A stretch of DNA of 57,715 bases from Candidatus Omnitrophota bacterium (GTDB lineage Bacteria; Omnitrophota; Gorgyraeia; JAHIPI01), in contig JADHVZ010000008.1 in the NCBI GenBank assembly GCA_016783745.1, positions 1 to 57,715 of the forward strand, written 5' to 3'. Position 1 is the first letter of the stretch, and each line of letters opens with the position of its first letter. Both the position numbers and the translations under genes were made by a program. This document shows, piece by piece, positions 47,037 to 54,181 of the stretch. Under the pieces are notes generated by a model. The model was given only the letters and a program-made list of their open reading frames with translations, did not search any database and was not told the DNA's origin.

Positions 47037-47056
47037 TTACTTTAATGATGTATATG
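47028..47056 (+). promoter_or_regulatory. Promoter TTGACA-N17-TATATG
   Basis: TTGACA at 47028-47033 and TATATG at 47051-47056. It lies inside the transposase remnant on the opposite strand, upstream of the ArsR gene. Confidence 0.5.
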
Positions 47057-47103
47057 TCCATATGAGCATATAGTTGATTCAACCTTAAGCAAGGAGGCGA
47101 AAC

Positions 47104-47478
47104 ATGCGTATTAAAAAAGCCCGCCAGATGCTGAAGAGTTTTGCCGATGATACCCGGCTCAGAGTCATAAATCTTTTGAGCAAGCGGAGACTGAACGTAA
47201 CTGAGCTATGCGAGATTCTAGGTGCTAGTCAATCAAGCCTTTCAAAACATCTTGCGCGTTTACGATTAACAGGAGTGGTGAACGATCAAAGAGAAGGGCT
47301 TAACGTATATTACAGCTTGAGAATTCCGGATGACAAGGCACATAAAGAGCTTATTGATGCCATTACCGGAGGGCTGTCAGAACTGGAAGCTTTTAAAAGG
47401 GATTTTGAAAAACTAAAAGGGCTTAAGAAAACAAGGGTAAATGGGGAAAAACTAAACATGGAGGTGAGAAATGTATAG
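47104..47478 (+). CDS. ArsR/SmtB-family transcriptional regulator
   Basis: Winged-HTH segment D.TRLRV.NLL....L.V.EL..IL...QS.LSKHL. AAGGAGG RBS. Confidence 0.88.
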   Translation: MRIKKARQMLKSFADDTRLRVINLLSKRRLNVTELCEILGASQSSLSKHLARLRLTGVVNDQREGLNVYYSLRIPDDKAHKELIDAITGGLSELEAFKRDFEKLKGLKKTRVNGEKLNMEVRNV

Positions 47479-47863
47479 GGGATTATTTGTAATCATCCTG
47501 AGTGCAATGGTAATATCGTTACCATACGCGACCTTTGCTCAGGAAGAAGATGTTGAATATGGCTATGGAACTGTGGTTAAGGTGAATGAGTCAAAAAAAG
47601 AAATTGTTGTCAGCGAGTATGATTATGACAGCGATACAGAGATTAATATCACCTACTCTGTCGATCCCAATGCAAAGTTTGAAGATGTTGATTCGATAGG
47701 AGAAATTAAAGTAGGGGACGGAATCGGCATTGATTATATGGAAGACGAAACAGGCAAAAAAATCGCCAAAGTTATTAGTATCTATAAAGCGGAACCCGAA
47801 TTTGAGACTACAGAGGATATACCCGAGACGCCGGATCTAGACATGCCAGACATAGACTATTAA
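47471..47863 (+). CDS. Small secreted acidic protein, unknown function
   Basis: Signal peptide ending ATFAQ and an Asp/Glu-rich mature part. Overlaps the ArsR stop by 8 nt. Confidence 0.6.
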   Translation: MYRGLFVIILSAMVISLPYATFAQEEDVEYGYGTVVKVNESKKEIVVSEYDYDSDTEINITYSVDPNAKFEDVDSIGEIKVGDGIGIDYMEDETGKKIAKVISIYKAEPEFETTEDIPETPDLDMPDIDY

Positions 47864-48118
47864 ATATCCTACTTTTTACCATTCGTTTCTTATACCTATG
47901 CCCTTAGGCCATCAGGACAAAAGAAAACCGCTGATACATTTACCCTTTATCGGTCATATTCTATGAAAAAAGAAAAACTATCTCAAGGTTTGAGAAAATA
48001 TATACGACGGCAAAAGTTAGCTATCAAGAGGATGGCAAATAATAAAGGTGAAGAGCGCCGATTGATAAGAGAACTTTTAAACAGGTTTTACGCAACTAAA
48101 TAAAAGGAGGTGGTTTAC

Positions 48119-48250
48119 ATGTGCTGTGAATCATGTCCAGAATATGAAGAATGCGCTGCTAAGAACAAGTTAAAAGATGACTGTTGCAAAAGATGCCCCG
48201 ACCACGACTCTTGTTTTGCCGCAGATGAAGATAATGAGGAGGGCTATTAG
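48119..48250 (+). CDS. Unannotated 43-aa Cys-rich microprotein with two CCxxCPxxxxC motifs and an acidic C-terminal tail
   Basis: Hand translation: MCCESCPEYEECAAKNKLKDDCCKRCPDHDSCFAADEDNEEGY. AAGGAGGTG lies 6 nt before the ATG. The ORF ends 29 nt before the KamA-type gene. It is below the length cutoff of the ORF track. Confidence 0.6.
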   Translation: MCCESCPEYEECAAKNKLKDDCCKRCPDHDSCFAADEDNEEGY

Positions 48251-48279
48251 TAAAAGACCTTAGGAGGGTAAAGGTAAAG

Positions 48280-49404
48280 ATGGGCACAGAAATAGGAAAA
48301 GTGCTGTTAGAAACGGATGAACCGCCGGGAGGTAGTTTAGAGTGGAGTGATTGGAGATGGCAGTTAAGAAATACCGTATCAGATATTGATAAGCTTGCAA
48401 AGCTGTTTTTATTGAACGCAGCAGAGTCAGAAGATTTAAAGAGGATCACCGCAAAGTACCCGTTCACCATTACCCCGTATTATCTCTCGCTTATGGATAA
48501 AGATGACCCCCAGGACCCTATCCGACTGCAATGCCTGCCGTCACAGGAGGAAGAGAAGCTATATTTCGGGGTCCAGGACGATCCCCTTGATGAAGAGGCG
48601 GATTCGGTGTTGCCGGGGCTTGTGCACCGTTATCCTGACAGGGTATTGGTCACCCTTACTAATATGTGCCCCGTATATTGCAGGCATTGTACAAGGAAAA
48701 GGGACTGGTGCGGGAGCAGGTGGGCCAGAAAGCCCCAGGAGCTGGCATCGATATATCAGTATATCTCCCAGCATAAAGAAGTGAGAGATGTTATACTTTC
48801 AGGCGGCGACCCGCTTATCCTGTCCAACGAAAGGATCGAGGCGGTCTTAAAAAGCTTAAGAGACATCCCTCATGTAGAGATCATCAGGATCGGCACGCGC
48901 TGTCCCGTGGTACTGCCGCAGAGAATAGATGACGGGCTCGTCTCTGTGTTAAGGAAATACAGGCCCATATGGGTGAATACGCATTTTAATCATCCACGCG
49001 AAATAACCAAAGAGTCAAGCATGGCGTGCGACAGGATGGTCTCATCCGGCATACCCGTTAATAATCAATCCGTGCTTCTGAAGGGGGTAAACGATAGCAC
49101 AGAGACCATGACAAAGTTGTGTCAGGGGCTGTTGAGGATCAGCGTGAGGCCGTACTATCTTTTTCAATGCGACCCTGTAAGCGGGACAGGCCACCTGAGG
49201 ACATCCATAGAAAAGGGCCTGGAAATCATCAAGGGTATGAGGGGCTTTACATCGGGGCTAGCGGTCCCGAATTTTGTTGTGGACGGCATGGAAGGCCATG
49301 GCAAGGTCCCGCTCCAGCCGGATTACCTGGTGGCATTGGAAAAGGATCACGCGCTTTTAAGGAGCTACAAAGGAGAAGTTTTCAGGTATTACAACCCGGA
49401 ATGA
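48280..49404 (+). CDS. KamA-family radical SAM aminomutase (lysine 2,3-aminomutase-like)
   Basis: CPVYCRHCTRK cluster motif, SGGDPL, and NQSVLLKGVND. Overall colinearity with KAM as I remember it. Confidence 0.88.
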   Translation: MGTEIGKVLLETDEPPGGSLEWSDWRWQLRNTVSDIDKLAKLFLLNAAESEDLKRITAKYPFTITPYYLSLMDKDDPQDPIRLQCLPSQEEEKLYFGVQDDPLDEEADSVLPGLVHRYPDRVLVTLTNMCPVYCRHCTRKRDWCGSRWARKPQELASIYQYISQHKEVRDVILSGGDPLILSNERIEAVLKSLRDIPHVEIIRIGTRCPVVLPQRIDDGLVSVLRKYRPIWVNTHFNHPREITKESSMACDRMVSSGIPVNNQSVLLKGVNDSTETMTKLCQGLLRISVRPYYLFQCDPVSGTGHLRTSIEKGLEIIKGMRGFTSGLAVPNFVVDGMEGHGKVPLQPDYLVALEKDHALLRSYKGEVFRYYNPE

Positions 49405-49410
49405 TTATAA

Positions 49411-50436
49411 ATGAAAATAGGTATAACGTACAATTTAAAGGATGAATTATCTCCCGATGCAATAATAGACACTGAATCGTGCGAAGAATTTGATTCGCCT
49501 CTTACAATAGACGCCATATGCGGGGTTTTTGAGAAAAACGGCCACGAAATAGTGAAATTGGGCTGTGGCATCAAGATTATCGAACGCCTCAGAGGCGAAA
49601 AGGTCGATTTTGTGTTTAATATTGCAGAAGGGTGTCGCGGGAGGAATAGAGAATCCCATACACCCTCCATTTTAGAGATGCTTGATATCCCCTATTCCGG
49701 ATCAGATCCCCTGACGCTGGGCCTTACGCTCGATAAGGTTGTGACAAAAAAAATAGCTTTTCAGGCGGGGATCCCCACGCCGCGCTACTTGGTGATAAAG
49801 ACATCGGAAGACCTCTTGTTTTTAGAAAATAAATTAGTCTATCCTCTTATCACTAAGCCTGCATGGGAAGGCTCGAGTAAAGGGATATACAATTCGTCAA
49901 AAGTATTTAACAGGCAGGAACTGGAGAAAAGCGCGGAGCTTCTTTTTAAAAAATATCCGGATCAACCTCTATTGGCCGAGGAGTATGTTGAAGGAAGGGA
50001 GATCACGGCAGGCGTCATAGGCAACGAACCCCCGCGGGTTTTGGGACTTATGGAGATAGTGAATAGAGCCGGCCCCGAAGAGGATATCTTTTATTCCTTG
50101 GATACCAAAAGGGACTGGAAGAAATTGGTTGACTATGCATCGCCGCCGGATATAGAGCAGTTGATTCAAAAGCACATAAGCCATTATGCCCTTATGGCCT
50201 TTAAAGAGTTTGGATGTAAGGATGTCGCCCGCATCGATTTCAAAATATCAAAAAATAATAAAATATTCATGCTGGAGGTGAACCCGTTACCGGGCCTGTC
50301 TCCGGAATACGCGGATCTGGTAATAATGGCACGGAAAAACGGCATAAAGTACGACGACCTCATTTTATCGATTTTTAATCACGCACTTTTGCGATATAGA
50401 AGCGGTAAGGGAGATTTAAGCTATGAAACAGTATGA
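49411..50436 (+). CDS. D-alanine--D-alanine ligase-family ATP-grasp enzyme
   Basis: Ddl-like layout: N-terminal pre-ATP-grasp domain, K.....AGIPTP, P...KP..EGSS.GI, and LEVN..PGL. Confidence 0.8.
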   Translation: MKIGITYNLKDELSPDAIIDTESCEEFDSPLTIDAICGVFEKNGHEIVKLGCGIKIIERLRGEKVDFVFNIAEGCRGRNRESHTPSILEMLDIPYSGSDPLTLGLTLDKVVTKKIAFQAGIPTPRYLVIKTSEDLLFLENKLVYPLITKPAWEGSSKGIYNSSKVFNRQELEKSAELLFKKYPDQPLLAEEYVEGREITAGVIGNEPPRVLGLMEIVNRAGPEEDIFYSLDTKRDWKKLVDYASPPDIEQLIQKHISHYALMAFKEFGCKDVARIDFKISKNNKIFMLEVNPLPGLSPEYADLVIMARKNGIKYDDLILSIFNHALLRYRSGKGDLSYETV

Positions 50437-51412
50437 TTTTGCCTTAGCATGGAACAGTGGGAGTAAAGAGAACTTTGTTAAATGGACGAGGCGAGAGTGT
50501 ACTCTTCGGGGTTTGAAATTTATGCTCATAGTCGAGAAGAACGTAGAGAATGTCATTAAAGATCTTGAAAAGGGAAAACTAAAAATTAACTTTCTCCTTG
50601 ATAATGAAGCAGACTATGACGATAAGAATAACCTGTTCGCTAGGTTATGCTACGCTGTCAAAGACGCAAATGGATATGTGGTCTGTGATCCTGATGACGC
50701 TCGGCAAGCCGCGAACAAGGCTATTACACATTATGATTTAGTAAGAGCGAAGATACCGGTTCCATACACTATTGTTGTAAGAAATTGGGAACCCGATGAC
50801 TTTGAACTAAATAAAGAAGAAGTAAAGCAGTTGAGGGTACCTTTTATCATAAAGCCGGCCTCCGGATTCGGGCAAAAAGGGGTCGTTAAGAACGCAAACG
50901 GATCTATAGTGGAGATTGCTCAGGCGCGCCATTTTAATAAAGGCGACGACTTCTTGCTGCAGGAAAAGATAGAACCCCTTATGATCGGCGATAAACAAGC
51001 GTGGTTCAGGATATATTTTATATTTGGCGAGATCATACCGTGCTGGTGGAATACCGAGACGGGATATTATACACAGGTGACGCTCAGAGAGATGTACGCC
51101 TTCAGGCTCTTGCCTCTGGCGCGCATTATATCGGAGATAGCCAGGATCACCAATATGGAATTCTTCTCGTCCGAGATCGCGCTCACCGGCAAGGGAAAAG
51201 AGAGGCGTTTTGTTGCAATCGATTATGTGAATGACCAGCCCGAGCTTTGCGTCCGCTCCGAAAAGGTCGGAGGGGGTCCGGTTCCGGAAGTCATCAACCA
51301 CATTGCGGAACGGATTGTAGAGATCGTCTGGCGCGCCTCACGGAACATTCCAGTAGGAATGTTCCGCTCGCTCTGGCTCGCGAAAGCCAAGCTCGAAGAC
51401 GAAAGTATATAA
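50423..51412 (+). CDS. Divergent ATP-grasp-fold ligase
   Basis: IPVPYT, PFIIKPASGFGQKGV, LLQEKIEP and AIDYVNDQP segments in ATP-grasp order. Overlaps the upstream gene by 14 nt. Confidence 0.65.
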   Translation: MKQYDFALAWNSGSKENFVKWTRRECTLRGLKFMLIVEKNVENVIKDLEKGKLKINFLLDNEADYDDKNNLFARLCYAVKDANGYVVCDPDDARQAANKAITHYDLVRAKIPVPYTIVVRNWEPDDFELNKEEVKQLRVPFIIKPASGFGQKGVVKNANGSIVEIAQARHFNKGDDFLLQEKIEPLMIGDKQAWFRIYFIFGEIIPCWWNTETGYYTQVTLREMYAFRLLPLARIISEIARITNMEFFSSEIALTGKGKERRFVAIDYVNDQPELCVRSEKVGGGPVPEVINHIAERIVEIVWRASRNIPVGMFRSLWLAKAKLEDESI

Positions 51413-51459
51413 CACATGATTAGAAAACCATTAAGCTTAGGGGAATAATTTTCGGGAAG

Positions 51460-51672
51460 ATGATCAAGTGTATAGACAGGTCTGGAAAGAAATACAGTAT
51501 AAGACAGGTGCTGAACGATATAATAGGCCACTTAAAAATTCCTATTATATATGGATTTCCTTCTGGGCATAGGATACCAGGTGATATTAACGTTACCCTG
51601 CCATTTGGAACATCTGTAACAATAGATGCAGATAAAGCAAGGGTTATAGTAAACGAAGGTGGAGTAAGCTGA
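51460..51672 (+). pseudogene. C-terminal fragment of an S66 LD-carboxypeptidase (MccF/LdcA family)
   Basis: IPIIYGFPSGH....NVTLPFGTSVTIDA motif, the catalytic His region. Only 70 codons, where the family is about 300 aa. Confidence 0.6.
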
Positions 51673-51691
51673 TTTAAAAAGGAGATATTAA

Positions 51692-52906
51692 ATGCTAAGA
51701 AGTATAGGAGATTACATTGATATTGTCGGAGCGGAGACTATTTCAAAGATTTACAAGAAGGCTAATAAATTATATGGGAAACGCATAGCAAATGTGAATG
51801 CGACGTTCCTGGGAGGAGGTGTGGCAGAAATACTTGGCAGGATGGTGCCACTCATGAATGAGATCGGCCTAGATGCCGAATGGCGCACCATCCATGGAAG
51901 CCCCGCTTTTTTCGACATAACCAAGAACTTCCATAATGCGATGCAGGGAGGGGCGATAGAGATCACAGACCACATGAGATCGCACTATATGAATATCAAT
52001 GAGGAGTATGCCAAGTTTACGCATATGAATGTCTATGACTGCATTATCGTGCACGATCCTCAACCGCTCCCGCTTATAAAATTTTGTGGAAAACAACAGC
52101 CCTGGATCTGGCGATGCCATATCGATATCACCAATCCGAATCCGGAACTCTGGGATTTTCTGAAAAGGTTTATGATACAGTATGACACTATAATCGTCTC
52201 GAGCGAGAAATACAAAAAGTCGGATCTTCCGGTTTCGCAGCGGGTCATTCCGCCGGCGATCGACCCTTTGTCGTTAAAGAATCAAGAGCTTTCAGAAGAC
52301 GAGATTATGAAGTATATCAGAGAATCCGATATCCCGACCGACAAGCCTATAATTACGCAGGTATCGAGGATGGATTCCTGGAAAGACCCTGAAGGCGTGC
52401 TCGAAGTCTTTAAACTGGTAAAAGAGAAGGTGGACTGCAGGCTTCTCTATTGTTACAACCTGGCCACCGATGACCCCGAAGGGATAAAGATATACGATAA
52501 GGTATACACAAAAGCTAAAAAATTTGCGGAAAACAGGGATGTTTTGTTCGTAGTAGGAAATAACGAACTCCTTGTAAACGCAATTCAGAGATTTTCAACC
52601 GTGATTATTCAGAAATCAACAAGAGAAGGTTTCGGCCTTGTCATTGCGGAAGCTATGTGGAAAGGAAAACCCGTTGTCGCCGGCAATGTAGGTGGTATAC
52701 CAAGTCAAATTAAAGACGGTAAAACAGGTTTCTTGGTCGATCCCCATGATTATAAAGCTTGCGCCGATAGGATCGTAAGGTTTCTTCAGGACCAAAAACT
52801 AGCTCAAGAAATGGGAAGGCGGGCCAAAGAATTTGTCAGAGAGAGATTTCTTACCACACGGCTGATATCAGATTATCTGGATTTGTTATACGATGTATTA
52901 AAATAA
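51692..52906 (+). CDS. treT: TreT-like trehalose glycosyltransferring synthase (GT4)
   Basis: The N-terminus (NATFLGGGVAEIL...VPLM...G....W..I.G...FF..TK.FHNA.QG) closely parallels archaeal and Thermotoga TreT as I recall it. C-terminal GT-B E.FG motif. Confidence 0.75.
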   Translation: MLRSIGDYIDIVGAETISKIYKKANKLYGKRIANVNATFLGGGVAEILGRMVPLMNEIGLDAEWRTIHGSPAFFDITKNFHNAMQGGAIEITDHMRSHYMNINEEYAKFTHMNVYDCIIVHDPQPLPLIKFCGKQQPWIWRCHIDITNPNPELWDFLKRFMIQYDTIIVSSEKYKKSDLPVSQRVIPPAIDPLSLKNQELSEDEIMKYIRESDIPTDKPIITQVSRMDSWKDPEGVLEVFKLVKEKVDCRLLYCYNLATDDPEGIKIYDKVYTKAKKFAENRDVLFVVGNNELLVNAIQRFSTVIIQKSTREGFGLVIAEAMWKGKPVVAGNVGGIPSQIKDGKTGFLVDPHDYKACADRIVRFLQDQKLAQEMGRRAKEFVRERFLTTRLISDYLDLLYDVLK

Positions 52907-52970
52907 GTATCATTTTTTTATGCCTTGGCGCCCAAGCGGTGCCCAACTAAAGTGAATATACAGGAAAATC

Positions 52971-52999
52971 TTGTTACTTATCATTAATAGTTATATAAT
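52971..52999 (+). promoter_or_regulatory. Promoter TTGTTA-N17-TATAAT
   Basis: TTGTTA at 52971-52976 and TATAAT at 52994-52999. Paralog of the orphan promoter at 43023. Confidence 0.55.
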
Positions 53000-53046
53000 A
53001 GCAACAACGAATTCAGAGATACCCCTATAACGAAGGATTATTTACA

Positions 53047-53388
53047 TTGAAAATAGTTAGAGAAGTATTAATGCTTACTGAACTGAAACAGATGGCTGCT
53101 GCTACATTTGGAGATTTAGTTAAAGCCGCCATCGATGTTGACAGAGAGCTTATTGCGGTCGATGCCGAACTTCATGCTGATTTGGAAGCATTGCTTCTAC
53201 AGGATGGATCTAAACAAAAAAGCCTTTGGGGAATTAACTTTTATCCAGAAATGCATGGAGATGACTTTATTGAGTTTGATTCTATGATTAATATGCGTCC
53301 ATCGCAAGGCAACAGAAGCCGTGCCATAGAAAATAAAGAAATATGTAAAAAAATAATAGAGATCGTTGCAAAGAGGATTAAGCAATGA
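53047..53388 (+). CDS. Small conserved protein (DUF5674-like by recollection)
   Basis: ORF with a TTG start at 53047; an alternative ATG lies at 53071. The family call is a tentative memory of the ...DAELH.D.E..LL..GS....LWG.N.YP motif. Confidence 0.55.
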   Translation: MKIVREVLMLTELKQMAAATFGDLVKAAIDVDRELIAVDAELHADLEALLLQDGSKQKSLWGINFYPEMHGDDFIEFDSMINMRPSQGNRSRAIENKEICKKIIEIVAKRIKQ

Positions 53389-53717
53389 GTTATCAGCATA
53401 AAGATCTAGCGATGGGCCGTTGGAAACACTTGCCGTTTCTTGAGCAAATGGCAAATATTGGGAGCGAAGTGGAACGCGCCCTTAAATGGCGAGTGAAGCA
53501 TAATACCGCTTATTATCAGCAAGCTTCTGAGCGTATTCTGGAGCTGATGGATTTGACTTTGGACAGCGTTACGGGTTTTGCCCGCCTTAAAGAACTTGCC
53601 CGCTTACGAGAAGCGATTGTGGATTACTTCTTTGGAACAAACCAGTTTAAATCTACAGAAGTATTGTGGAGAAAATACTTTTCAAGTTTTACCTATGCCG
53701 CCCGCAAAAATTACTAA
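53385..53717 (+). CDS. Small helical hypothetical protein
   Basis: 110-aa ORF whose ATG overlaps the upstream stop (ATGA). No family recognised. Confidence 0.55.
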   Translation: MSYQHKDLAMGRWKHLPFLEQMANIGSEVERALKWRVKHNTAYYQQASERILELMDLTLDSVTGFARLKELARLREAIVDYFFGTNQFKSTEVLWRKYFSSFTYAARKNY

Positions 53718-53753
53718 TATTGCTACCTCTTTCAAAAATTACGTCAATATACC

Positions 53754-54170
53754 ATGAAACGATTCGAGATCATAGACCATACCGCTGATATCAGCATAAA
53801 GGCATACGGGAAAAGCTTAAAAGAGCTTTTCCGGAATGCCGCCTTCGGAATGTTCAATATCCTAGCGGACCTGGAAGGCATCACCACCTCAACAAGCTTA
53901 GAACTAAAGCTCGACGCTCCCGACAAAGAAGAATTACTTATCGAATGGCTGGATGAACTTTTGTATAATTTTTACACCAAACAACTAATATTCTGCGATT
54001 TTGACATCACGGAACTTACAGACAAAAATCTGACCGCCAAAGTAAAAGGCCGCTTTATCGGAGAAAACAAGAACCGTCTAAAAACAGAGATAAAAGCAGC
54101 CACTCGCCATGACCTGCATATTACTAAGAAGGAAGATACTTACGAAGTCCGAATAGTTTTCGACGTTTAA
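53754..54170 (+). CDS. Archease
   Basis: F...DHTADI...A.G N-terminus and IKA.T.H.L C-terminus. 138 aa. Confidence 0.9.
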   Translation: MKRFEIIDHTADISIKAYGKSLKELFRNAAFGMFNILADLEGITTSTSLELKLDAPDKEELLIEWLDELLYNFYTKQLIFCDFDITELTDKNLTAKVKGRFIGENKNRLKTEIKAATRHDLHITKKEDTYEVRIVFDV

Positions 54171-54181
54171 GAGGAACCACT

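Noticed and set aside
47963-48103. 46-aa highly basic ORF (MKKEKLSQGLRKYIRRQKLAIKRMANNKGEERRLIRELLNRFYATK) just upstream of the Cys-rich micro-ORF
   Set aside because: It has no recognisable SD and no family. It is kept only as a note because its stop abuts the SD of the next ORF. It could be real, but the evidence is insufficient.
48503-49445. Alternative-frame ORFs inside the KamA-type gene (48503-48784 plus, 48559-48774 minus, 49119-49445 plus)
   Set aside because: They are embedded in a gene with clear radical SAM/KamA motifs, and their Arg/Gly/Pro-rich translations are typical of off-frame reads.
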